Below are positions 25,356 to 34,680 of a DNA stretch of 64,000 nt, in pieces. The stretch comes from an uncultured candidate division Zixibacteria bacterium (GTDB lineage: Bacteria; Zixibacteria; MSB-5A5; UBA10806): contig CAWFQL010000018.1 of assembly GCA_963817915.1 (NCBI GenBank), positions 32,001 through 96,000 of the forward strand, read 5' to 3'. The translations under genes and the position numbers were made by a program. How positions within the stretch are numbered: the first letter of the stretch is position 1; each line of letters begins with the position of its first letter. The notes beneath the pieces were generated by a model that was given only the letters and a program-made list of their open reading frames with translations, was not told the DNA's origin and did not search any database.

Positions 25356-27626
25356 TTAGCATTTCGAGTATCCGCAGTCGGGGCAGTAAATACATCCTGA
25401 TTCGGTATTCAGCTTATTTCCGCAATCGGGGCAGATCAACGCTGATAGATCTGTTTGCGCCTTGAGCGTCTTGCCGTTGCCGAAATGCTTATGCAACGTC
25501 TTCGCGATAGCATCGGGCACCGAACGAACCAAGCCACCTGATCCGAAGACCGGCGTATCGCCGCCGATTCCTCGCAATTGCTCTATAATCTCCTCGACTG
25601 ATACTCCTGTTCTCAACGCCAGCGAAATCAGCCTGCAAACAGCCTCGGTATCGGCCATTGTGTCATGGCCCGATTTACCAATCTGGGCGAATACCTCGAA
25701 TGGTTTGCCGTTGAGCGTATTTATAGTGACATAAAGATTGCCGAATCCGGTCTTGATCTTGTTGGTGATTCCCTGCAATGTCTCCGGGCGATCCCTTACC
25801 TCGCCTTTCCCGTCCTCTAATTCCTTCTTATCGCTTTTCTTGGTGGAAAGAACCTGATAAGCCCTTGAGCCGTCGCGATAAATAGTCACGCCTTTGCAAC
25901 CCGAATTATAGGCAAGCTCGTATGCGGTCTTGACATCATCGGCGGTCGCGGAGTTGGGTAGATTTATTGTTTTTGATACAGCGTTTTCGGTATGCTTCTG
26001 GAATGCAGCCTGCATCCTGACATGCCATTCAGGTGAGATATCGTGAGCAGTCACGAACACTTGCTTGATTGCTTCAGGGATTTCTTCGAATTCGGAGATC
26101 GAATTCTTTTCAGCAATCCGCTCCATAAGACGATCCGAATATATCCCCATCTCCTTGGCGCGAGATTCAAACAACGGGTTTACTTCGACAAGTCGTGTAT
26201 TATCCATGACATTGCGAATATAGCTGATCGCGAAGATCGGTTCTATTCCCGACGAACATCCAGCTATAATCGAAATAGTTCCGGTTGGCGCGATTGTCGT
26301 TACTGTCGAATTTCTCCGCGAATGACCCGATCCAAGCTTTTCATTATAGAATGACGATTTTTTCCAGTTTGGAAATTCTCCGCGCTTTTTGGCGAGCTCA
26401 TTACTGGCGGCATCCGCGGCGCCCTGAATAAAGCTCATCACTTGCTCCGATAACTTCAGCGCCTCTTCAGAATTGTATGGCACATCGAGCATGATAAGCA
26501 AATCCGCCCAGCCCATAACTCCGAGTCCGATTCGGCGATTATTCTTGGTGGATTTGTCTATTTCCGGAAGTGGATAGCGATTTTCCTCTATGACATTATC
26601 GAGGAAATGAATTGCCTGCTCTACAAGCTCTTTCAATTTATCCCAGTCGATTTCGTTGCGAAACATTTTGGAGGTATCCGATGAATCGACAACTGCCTTC
26701 ACGACCTTGGATAAATTAATCGATCCTAAATTGCAGCTTTCATAGGGGAGAAGCGGCTGTTCGCCGCAGGGATTAGTAGCTTCGACCAACCCGACTGCAT
26801 TGGTTTTTTCTTTGGAATTGATTCTGTCGATAAATATTACACCCGGCTCGCCGGTTCTGTGAGCGTGATCTATAATTGCCTGGAACACTTCGTTGGCATC
26901 GAGACTCAACGGCTTATTGTCTCTGATAAAATGCTGGCCGTCTTTCGGATTCAGCAGGGGATAGGTCGTATGATTTTTTACTGCCCGCATGAATTCATCT
27001 GTGATCGCCACGGAAATATTGAAATTCGTCAGTTCATTCAAATCATCTTTGCATTTGATAAAATCCAATATATCAGGATGATCCACCCGTAGTATGCCCA
27101 TGTTGGCGCCGCGCCGCGTGCCGCCCTGCTTAACAGCCTCGGTTGCCGCGTTAATTACCTTCATGAAACTCACAGGCCCCGATGCTACTCCCGAGGTCGA
27201 GGCTACCATCGAATTCTTGGGCCTTAGACGAGAAAACGAAAATCCGGTGCCACCGCCCGATTTATGAATCAATGCGGTATGTTTAACAGTATCGAAAATT
27301 GAATCCATGGAATCTTCGATTGGCAATACGAAGCACGCCGAAAGCTGTCCCAATTTTCTGCCGGCATTCATGAGAGTAGGAGAATTAGGCAAAAATTCCA
27401 GGCGGGCCATCATACGATAAAAATCCGAAGTCGCCTTTTCGACATCCTCAGCGGTGGCTCCGAATTTTAAATCGGCATCCGCGATTGTCCGTGCTACTCG
27501 TAAGAATAGCTCGCCTGGAGTTTCAACTACTTGCCCGAGATCGTTCTTGATCAGGTAACGCCTTTTTAAGACGGCAAGTGAATTTGCTGTCAATTGTGGC
27601 GTCATCTCTGTCTGTTGTTTTTGCAC
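25356..27626 (-). CDS. nrdJ: Class II (adenosylcobalamin-dependent) ribonucleotide reductase with fused TSCPD and Zn-ribbon C-terminus
   Basis: [53 protein letters not shown], then SVPDA and CPDC...CPDCGYSKC. No N-terminal ATP-cone is visible. Confidence 0.93.
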   Translation of the reverse strand: MQKQQTEMTPQLTANSLAVLKRRYLIKNDLGQVVETPGELFLRVARTIADADLKFGATAEDVEKATSDFYRMMARLEFLPNSPTLMNAGRKLGQLSACFVLPIEDSMDSIFDTVKHTALIHKSGGGTGFSFSRLRPKNSMVASTSGVASGPVSFMKVINAATEAVKQGGTRRGANMGILRVDHPDILDFIKCKDDLNELTNFNISVAITDEFMRAVKNHTTYPLLNPKDGQHFIRDNKPLSLDANEVFQAIIDHAHRTGEPGVIFIDRINSKEKTNAVGLVEATNPCGEQPLLPYESCNLGSINLSKVVKAVVDSSDTSKMFRNEIDWDKLKELVEQAIHFLDNVIEENRYPLPEIDKSTKNNRRIGLGVMGWADLLIMLDVPYNSEEALKLSEQVMSFIQGAADAASNELAKKRGEFPNWKKSSFYNEKLGSGHSRRNSTVTTIAPTGTISIIAGCSSGIEPIFAISYIRNVMDNTRLVEVNPLFESRAKEMGIYSDRLMERIAEKNSISEFEEIPEAIKQVFVTAHDISPEWHVRMQAAFQKHTENAVSKTINLPNSATADDVKTAYELAYNSGCKGVTIYRDGSRAYQVLSTKKSDKKELEDGKGEVRDRPETLQGITNKIKTGFGNLYVTINTLNGKPFEVFAQIGKSGHDTMADTEAVCRLISLALRTGVSVEEIIEQLRGIGGDTPVFGSGGLVRSVPDAIAKTLHKHFGNGKTLKAQTDLSALICPDCGNKLNTESGCIYCPDCGYSKC

Positions 27627-27662
27627 CTGGCCGCCCTCCTGCTAATGGAAACTACATAGCCT

Positions 27663-28424
27663 CTATGTATAAAATTCATAAGTTGCCGATTTTGTTTCTT
27701 CATCTATCTTGAAGTCTCCGAATACGATAGGAGCTTCCTTCTTCATCGTTTTCAGCATTTCCAACGCTATTGATCTTATCTCCCAATGAGCCCTCGGGTG
27801 AGTGCGAAGGCAGAAAAAATGCCTCAATTCGCGGAAGTTCGCCGTGATTACTATTTCCGATACGGTCGCGTTTGGCAGTAAGTATCTGGCATCCTCGGGC
27901 GGCACTCCGGCATCAAGCAGTTTTTCATATAGCTCGTAACTCACCAAAATCGCCTTTTCGTATAGCTTTACAAAATCCTCTTTTTTGTCTGGATATGAAG
28001 CGTTAACTATTGTCTCAGGAATTACGACCTGAAAATCAGTGGTTTTCTTTCTGTCTTTTTTATCCGCATAGCAGACATAGCGCTGGCTTTCCTGCGATGG
28101 CGAGATAAGCCTATGGCGCACAAGCTCATGCGTGAATACCCTCGATGCCCCTTTTATCCTGAAGGTAGCCGAGGCATGTTCCATCACCGAATGATGCCCT
28201 TTATTTAATATCTTTTCGATAAGTTCTTTGGTCGATGTTGGTGGATCATAACGATGGAATGAAAGATAGCAGGTTCTGCACGCCTTCTCAATAATATCTT
28301 CTCCATTGGGAGTGATTGACATAAGCTCAATACTGCTTTGGGCAAAATATGGACTCAGTCGGTCTCCGCGGAAAGTCTTGTTCGAACTATTTAACAACAA
28401 ATCAATAACCTCTCCCCCCGGCAT
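27663..28424 (-). CDS. thyX: FAD-dependent thymidylate synthase
   Basis: GHHSVMEH, RHRLISPSQESQRY (RHRx7S motif), EDARYLLP, NFRELRHF, HWEIR. The exact start is uncertain. Confidence 0.95.
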   Translation of the reverse strand: MPGGEVIDLLLNSSNKTFRGDRLSPYFAQSSIELMSITPNGEDIIEKACRTCYLSFHRYDPPTSTKELIEKILNKGHHSVMEHASATFRIKGASRVFTHELVRHRLISPSQESQRYVCYADKKDRKKTTDFQVVIPETIVNASYPDKKEDFVKLYEKAILVSYELYEKLLDAGVPPEDARYLLPNATVSEIVITANFRELRHFFCLRTHPRAHWEIRSIALEMLKTMKKEAPIVFGDFKIDEETKSATYEFYT

Positions 28425-28496
28425 TGCTTTTTTATGTAAAAACTACCACAAAATACTTCTAACTTCTCAACCATTTATCTTCAAATGGCGAGGAGC

Positions 28497-28525
28497 ATTG
28501 TAGCGACCAGCCAAAATACTGTCAA
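28497..28525 (-). promoter_or_regulatory. Promoter of thyX-nrdJ (TTGACA-17-TACAAT)
   Basis: Minus-strand TTGACA at 28525-28520 and TACAAT at 28502-28497. Confidence 0.8.
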
Positions 28526-28553
28526 GAAAAAATTGTTATTTTTTTTCGATTTA

Positions 28554-28601
28554 ACACAACATGTTGTGTATCAACATACTTCAAAATACCATATATCGTG
28601 T
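28554..28601. promoter_or_regulatory. Tandem NrdR boxes (copy 1)
   Basis: The perfect palindrome ACACAACATGTTGTGT (28554-28569) and ATACCATATATCGTGT (28586-28601) match the acaCwAtATaTwGtgt consensus. They are offset by 32 bp and lie upstream of an RNR operon. Confidence 0.85.
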
Positions 28602-28687
28602 CTGGCCTATTTTTTTGTGTCATATTCAGGCTTGACTTTTTGCCGATTTTTGTTAAATTATTGTTAATTAACAAGAAAGGAGCTTTA

Positions 28688-31151
28688 ATGTTTAGAAAGC
28701 TTTTAATAGTAATAATAATGATAGCAAGCTTCACCACGATCGCTATCGCTTCTGATAACTATATTATCGTTGTAGAAAACCCCCAAAGCGGAGCTCCGGC
28801 TGATTTAAATAGCTATCCGGGAGGGGTATGGGGAAAGACAATTGACAAAATTTATCTGGCCGGCGATGACAACGATATAGCTTGGCTCGATGATCATTAC
28901 ATTCAGTATAAAAAAATTCCATTCGATGGGGAATGCTCCAATCTTTATCTGATTCAATCAGACGGTCGGGGGTCTTTGATGAATTCCAATATTCTTGATT
29001 CCGGCCCCGGATACATTTTAAGCCTTGATAAGCCCATCGGAAATCATGAATATCAAATTCTCACTCAGCGAAGACTGCCATTAGGAAATCGCGATTTTCA
29101 GCCCGAAATGATCCTGACATACAATAATGCCGTGGCAAACATGATCGGCCAGGTCAATCAGGACACTATCATTAATGGTCTTTCGAGATTGTCGGGCGCT
29201 TCTCCGATCATGTTTAATGGCCATCAGGATACGATCAAAACCAGATTCTCAGGCACCGATGATAATTCCATGGCCGCGGAATATATTTCCCAGATTTTAA
29301 ATTCGTATGGATACGATGTCGAATACGATGGTTTCTTCTCGGGAAATTTACGGCACGTCGCCGCATATAATAATAATTTCGCCTGGGCCGTCGCGGAAAA
29401 TTCTACGGCATACAGAACTACCAATGGCGGCAATACCTGGAATATCATGGCCGATAATTCGGCTTATTCTCTATGGGGTGTTTCCAATATTGGCCCGGAT
29501 TCGATATGGATTACCGGCGATATCGGGACGATCAGATTTTCATCCGATGGCGGATTAAATTTCGCGACACAAAATGCTAATACGCAGGAATTTCCTATTC
29601 GGATCGAGTTTCATAAATTCATCCGAAGGCTGGGTGGCCTGCGATAACGGCCATGTTCTGTATACTACTAATTCCGGACTAAACTGGACTCAGCAAACTA
29701 CTCCGGTCGGCTCCCGATTTTACGATATCAAATTTGTCGATTCCCAATATGGTTGGGCTGTCGGTAGGGACGGTTCGATAGTCAGTACCACAAATGGAGG
29801 CGCTAATTGGGTTCGGCAGACATCCAACACTATTGAACGATTATATGGCGTCGATTTCACTGATCGCAATAACGGCTGGGTGGTTGGATGGAATGGTGTC
29901 GTGTTGCATACCACCAATGGCGGCGCCAACTGGCAAAATGTATCTCTTGGAACTGCGGTCGAAAAATACCAGGTCAATTTCAGCGATGCTTCACACGGCT
30001 GCATAGTCGGCTGGAACGGCGAAGTATTTATAACATCGAATGCGGGCGGCAACTGGACACAAATCCAGGCGGGAACTCTCAAGAATTTCTACGGCGTTGA
30101 TTTTGCCAGTACCCAAATCGGGTACGCTGTTGGCGATGGCGCAATATATAAGACCGCCGATGGTGGCACAACCTGGATCAGCCAGAATGCAGGCGTAGAG
30201 GGGGCGTGGCGCAATGTCATCGCGACAAAACCGGGGACGGTCAATCCTAATCATCAGGTTATTGTCTGTGGTCACTTCGATAACACATCCCAGCAGCCGC
30301 AAATTACCGCTACTGGTGCCGATGATAACGGCTCGGGGACAATAGGCGTAATTGAAGCGGCCAGAATTTTCGCGAATAGGCATTTTGAAAAGACTATCAA
30401 ATTCTGCCTTTGGACAGGCGAGGAGCAGGGGTTGCTTGGTTCGGCTTCATACGCAGAAGCGGCCAGTTTCAGGGGCGATAGCATAGACGGTGTTTTTAAC
30501 TACGATATGATTTCATATGATGGTAACGCCGACAATCATGGCGAGCTGCATTGCGGCACGCAGGCGGCGTCTATTGCTCTCGGTAATCTTACACAAACCG
30601 TCATCGAGGATTATACCATTGATTTGAATACCACTATCCTTACCTGGAATGCCACAAATCGTTCTGACCATGCGTCCTTCTGGAATTACAATTATCCCGC
30701 AATGCTCAGCATTGAGGATTTCTCCAGCGATTTCAATCCATTCTATCATACTACCGGTGATAACATGAGTATCATTGTGCCGACATACTTTACGAGTTAT
30801 GTCAAAACATTGGTTGGCGGCTCAGCGTCGCTCGCTATTCCCGATACAATTAATACCGGTATCGATAATAACGAAATATTGCCTGAAAATATCGCGCTAA
30901 TCCAGAGCTATCCCAACCCATTCAATCCATCTGCCACTATATCTTTCACACTTAAGGCGCCATCAGATATGGATCTTTCAATATTTGATATTCTCGGACG
31001 TAAGGTTGCGACAGTGTATAGTGGCCGTGCCGAAGCGGGCACTCATAATATCACCTGGAATGCCGGAGATAATTCATCCGGCATCTATTTGTATCGTCTG
31101 TCGTCGAAAGACGGCCTTAATGCCTCCGGCCGAATGACATTGTTGAAATGA
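28688..31151 (+). CDS. M28 family Zn peptidase with an inserted YCF48/BNR-like propeller and FlgD/T9SS-like CTD; one +1 frameshift near 29588
   Basis: AAGGAG RBS, ATG at 28688 and signal peptide. Repeated GW.VG..G....TxNGGxxW blades. M28 motifs GHFD, GADDNGSG, GEEQGLLGS, NYDMI, SDHASF and YHTTGD. CTD YPNPFN. Confidence 0.88.
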
Positions 31152-31172
31152 TCATGAATATTAAAATGCTCT

Positions 31173-31195
31173 GTAGGGGCGAGGTTACCTCGCCC
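31173..31195 (+). repeat. GTAG-type REP-like palindrome
   Basis: GTAG-GGGCGAGG-TTA-CCTCGCCC just downstream of a stop codon. Confidence 0.65.
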
Positions 31196-31368
31196 TGATC
31201 GCGCCTTCAGAAACCCTTCCTGACGGCATTTTTTTTGGCGCTGGCTTTTATCATATTATCGGGTCGCCTGATCCGACACAAAAAGAATCGCCAAATGAGG
31301 GCACTCTGTTTCATTTTTAATAGTTTTTCTAAGCATAAAAGAAATGCTGATTGATTAAAAGGAGCAAT

Positions 31369-32145
31369 ATGAAAACCAAAACTATCGTAATCACAGGGGC
31401 CAGCGGCGGTATCGGAGCCGAATTGGCCAGACAACTTGGAGCTCAAGGTCATAACATTATCCTGGCCGCCCGCAGGGAAATTGAACTAACCAATGTTGCC
31501 AATCAGATCGGCAAGAACGCCATTACAGTCATCGCCGATGTCAGACAGCGCTCAAATGTCGATAATATTAAATCCAAAGCCCTACAAAAATTCCCGGCGA
31601 TCGATGTCTGGGTAAATAATGCGGGCAGGGGCATTCGCAAAAATGTCCTCGATCTCACCGATGATGATATCGACGAAATCATCGCAGTCAATATCAAATC
31701 TGCCATCTACGGCATGCAAGCCATTATTCCATATTTCATGCAAAGGGGAGAAGGCCATCTTCTCAATATCTCGTCCTTTCTCGGCAAAGTCCCCATTGTA
31801 CCATTCCGCTCGATCTATAGCGCCGCCAAAGCAGCCCTAAATTCATTAACATCGAACCTCCGGATGGACCTGGGTGATCGATATCCGAATATCCATGTAA
31901 CTACAGTCATGCCGGGCGGAGTCGCTACCGATTTTTCGAAAAATGCTCTGGGTGGCCCGCCGCCAACTCCACCTCCAGCCGGCGCTATGAGGGCCCAAAC
32001 CGCCGCTGAGGCCGCCGCCGCTATCGTATCGGTGATCGAAAATCCACGCCCAGAAATATTCACCATTCCCGCCTTAGCCGATATCGCCAAACGATACCAC
32101 AACGACATCGCCGCCTTCGAAGAAGGATTGCGAAAAATGGGATAG
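31369..32145 (+). CDS. Short-chain dehydrogenase/reductase (SDR)
   Basis: TGASGGIG, NNAG and YSAAK (YxxxK). AAGGAG RBS before the ATG at 31369. Confidence 0.93.
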   Translation: MKTKTIVITGASGGIGAELARQLGAQGHNIILAARREIELTNVANQIGKNAITVIADVRQRSNVDNIKSKALQKFPAIDVWVNNAGRGIRKNVLDLTDDDIDEIIAVNIKSAIYGMQAIIPYFMQRGEGHLLNISSFLGKVPIVPFRSIYSAAKAALNSLTSNLRMDLGDRYPNIHVTTVMPGGVATDFSKNALGGPPPTPPPAGAMRAQTAAEAAAAIVSVIENPRPEIFTIPALADIAKRYHNDIAAFEEGLRKMG

Positions 32146-32155
32146 GATTTTTTGA

Positions 32156-32244
32156 GGTTTGATAAATCAAACCCCTACCCTTGCCTATTGAAGATGGTTG
32201 AAAAATTAACAAAATTACGGTAGGGGTTCAAAATTTTGAACCCC
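32156..32244. repeat. Pair of oppositely oriented GTAG-type REP-like palindromes
   Basis: Minus strand GTAG-GGGTTTGA-TTTA-TCAAACC (32178-32156) and plus strand GTAG-GGGTTCAAAATTTTGAACCC (32220-32243). Confidence 0.7.
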
Positions 32245-32353
32245 TCTTATCATGCGCTAAATCGATCCATATTACTGGCCGACCTGCGAAATCTCCTTTC
32301 TTATTGAATCTCAACAACTTAATCCTGTTTACCCAAAATCTTGCCTAAATAGT

Positions 32354-32477
32354 ACACAAAAAAATGGGCCAGACACAATCTATGGTATTTTGAAATATGT
32401 TGATACACAACATGTTGTGTTAAATTGAAAAAAAATATCAATTTTTTCTTGACAGTTTTTTGCTTGCTCGCTAACAT
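32354..32477 (+). promoter_or_regulatory. Duplicated promoter/NrdR-box block (copy 2): boxes at 32373-32388 and 32405-32420, TTGACA-17-TAACAT at 32449-32477
   Basis: ~90% identical inverted copy of 28497-28620. The palindromic box, the -35 element, the 32-bp box offset and the 17-bp spacer are all retained. Confidence 0.85.
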
Positions 32478-32732
32478 GGGCGCGATTTCGGGATGCTTTT
32501 GAGCATCTACCGCCTTGGTTGGCCAGTAATGCCTTAAGTTTCAAGATGTTAAGGCGGCGAGTACAAAACAATTAAATCGGAGGGGGATAATGAAAAAAAA
32601 TTAAGCGAGCAATGTTGTTTGAGCAACATTACTCGCTCGGAATCAAAGTAATAGAAATCTATCCTATTACCTCAGATATCTTAGGATAAGATTTCTATAA
32701 AGAAAAAACAATATAATTTTGAAAGGTGAAAA

Positions 32733-33011
32733 ATGAACCTTGATCATCAAACGTTAAAACAAATCTGGAATAAAGCCACTCCAATTTCCGGTTACACTCC
32801 TGAAGTGTGGCGGCGAGATTATTTCGGGTCCGCGATAAATTGGGGCGATTACGGAAACAGAAATTCCGAATATGGTTGGGAAGTAGACCATTATATTCCC
32901 ACTCATAAGGGTGGCAGTGACGCCTTAGAAAATCTTCGCCCACTAAATTGGAAGAACAATGCAAAAAAGCAAGATAACTTGCTTTCGCAACTTTTGAACC
33001 TTAAACATTAA
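32733..33011 (+). CDS. Small stand-alone HNH endonuclease
   Basis: GWEVDHYIP..KGGSD..ENLRPLNWKNN HNH motif. GAAAGGTG RBS. Confidence 0.88.
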   Translation: MNLDHQTLKQIWNKATPISGYTPEVWRRDYFGSAINWGDYGNRNSEYGWEVDHYIPTHKGGSDALENLRPLNWKNNAKKQDNLLSQLLNLKH

Positions 33012-33026
33012 TTTTACTATTTCACC

Positions 33027-33052
33027 GGCGGCCATAACTCATTATGGTCGCC
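33027..33052. terminator. Hairpin between the convergent HNH and methyltransferase genes
   Basis: GGCGGCCATAA-CTCA-TTATGGTCGCC. Confidence 0.6.
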
Positions 33053-33088
33053 ATTATTTATTCATTTAATAAAGATAAAAACAATATA

Positions 33089-33739
33089 CTACTTCTTCAC
33101 AAACACAATATAATCTCTGGCCACTTTATGAATATCATATTTGTCGCAGCCAGCATCCTTCATCAGCCGCTTGACTCGCCCCAATGAATAGAATCGCACA
33201 GGGCAATTGTTCAACGACAGTCGAACCTTTCTAATAGGTGTCATTGGATGGCAGAGCTTGGGGAATGACATAAATAAATTGCCATTGTTGATCTCGAGCA
33301 TCTTCTTAATATGCGGTAATGGCTCTAAAATATAATCGAAATATCCCACCGCCAAAATTATATCGTATTTTTTCTCAGCCTTGAAATCCATGAAATCGTT
33401 CATCTGGAATTTCATCTTATCCGCTAAGCCCGCTTCCTTGGCAAGCGTCCGAGCCGATACCAGCGCGCCCTCGGCGGCATCGATCCCCAATATATCGGTC
33501 GCGCCATGCTTCGCGGCCTCGAACATATATCGTCCGGTGCCGCATCCGATATCGAGCACCGATTTGCCCGACATGTCCTTCATCAGATCGAATGCCAGAT
33601 TAAATCTCATCCTTACCGATGCTCTTACAGTTCGGTCGAGCCAGCCGGAGAATCCTTTTCTCTCCTGGTAAATTTTATCGAATACTTCTATACGTCTGTC
33701 AAAATAGTCAATTGCTCCGGGATTTCGTCTGTCGGTCAT
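33089..33739 (-). CDS. Class I SAM-dependent methyltransferase
   Basis: VLDIGCGTG motif I, GID, YDII. GGAGG RBS. Confidence 0.9.
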   Translation of the reverse strand: MTDRRNPGAIDYFDRRIEVFDKIYQERKGFSGWLDRTVRASVRMRFNLAFDLMKDMSGKSVLDIGCGTGRYMFEAAKHGATDILGIDAAEGALVSARTLAKEAGLADKMKFQMNDFMDFKAEKKYDIILAVGYFDYILEPLPHIKKMLEINNGNLFMSFPKLCHPMTPIRKVRLSLNNCPVRFYSLGRVKRLMKDAGCDKYDIHKVARDYIVFVKK

Positions 33740-33981
33740 TTTTCCTCCATAATTGCCTCATTATAACCATATTCCGATTTTGAGGCAAAGATATTATGCG
33801 CGCTTAGGCTTAAAATAGGCTTTGAAAGATAAAATAAATCTGCCAACGGTTCAAAATCGCTCCCCAAAAATCTCCTTTGATTTACACTGGAATCTTTCTA
33901 TCTTTAATTCAATAGGATGATCTTCGAAATGGCTGTCAAAATTCTTGAGGCCACATTACCGGGATCAAGCGTATAAATAGT

Positions 33982-34662
33982 ATGTTGAAAAAGCTTCTTT
34001 TGGTACCAGTAATTCTAATGTCCCTGATTGCCATAACCGATGGCCAGGAAAAGAGTTCGCAGGACCCTTCGGCGGTGACTATCGCCCGCCTTCATTATTC
34101 TGGCGGGGGCAATTGGTACTGGGGTCAGTCCGCGCTACCCAATCTGCTAAAATTCATGAAAGAAAATACCACGATTGAAACCGCCGATCAGGAAGTCAAT
34201 GTCATTCCTACCGATCCGAATCTGTTCAAATACCCGTTTCTCTATCTTACCGGACATGGCGATTTACGTTTCTCCGACGATGACGCCGCGGCCCTGCGTG
34301 CCTATCTCGAAAATGGCGGTTTTCTTTTCGCCAATGATAGCTATGGCCTGAATGCCGATTTCAGAAAAGCGATGAAGCAGGTTTTCCCCGATAGAGAGCT
34401 GGTCGAATTGCCATTCGCTCACCCCGTATATCATTCGAGATATGATTTTCCCAACGGCGTTCCGAAAATTCATAAGCATGATGGAAAACCGCCGCAGGGA
34501 TTTGGAATTATTATCGATGGCAGGCTTGTGGTCTTTTTCGACTTTGAATCGGATATCGGCGATGGCCTGGAAGATTCTGAAGTATATAACGATCCGCCGG
34601 AAAAACATATCGCCGCCCTACAAATGGCAACAAACCTTGTCACTTACGCGTTGACACATTAG
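33982..34662 (+). CDS. DUF4159 domain protein (secreted)
   Basis: Signal peptide. YPFLYLTGHG, LRAYLENGGFLFA, HPVYH, PKIHKHD, DIGDG. Confidence 0.85.
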   Translation: MLKKLLLVPVILMSLIAITDGQEKSSQDPSAVTIARLHYSGGGNWYWGQSALPNLLKFMKENTTIETADQEVNVIPTDPNLFKYPFLYLTGHGDLRFSDDDAAALRAYLENGGFLFANDSYGLNADFRKAMKQVFPDRELVELPFAHPVYHSRYDFPNGVPKIHKHDGKPPQGFGIIIDGRLVVFFDFESDIGDGLEDSEVYNDPPEKHIAALQMATNLVTYALTH

Positions 34663-34680
34663 GAGTGATGGGCCGATTTC

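Larger units (their letters stand above)
28497..28620 (-). repeat. 124-bp promoter/NrdR-box block, copy 1 of an inverted pair
   Basis: Its reverse complement aligns ungapped to 32354-32477 with 12 mismatches by manual count. Confidence 0.95.

Noticed and set aside
25356..27626. Intein or intron in nrdJ linked to the nearby HNH as a homing endonuclease
   Set aside because: The RNR motifs are contiguous and the length is normal. The HNH is ~5 kb away and free-standing.
28522..28737. Similar short ORFs at 28485-28737 and 32380-32571 (TQHVV, FNTTCCVSTY)
   Set aside because: They are translations of the duplicated promoter DNA, not protein paralogs.
32183..32208. Short resemblance (GCC..TTGAAGAT..GGTTGA.AA.TTA) to the thyX leader at ~28461-28490 on the minus strand
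   Set aside because: It is short, gapped and AT-rich, so it cannot be distinguished from chance without statistics.
32478..33011. IscB/HEARO (OMEGA) system
   Set aside because: The protein is only 92 aa, with no PLMP or RuvC motifs, and no IS200/605 ends are recognisable.
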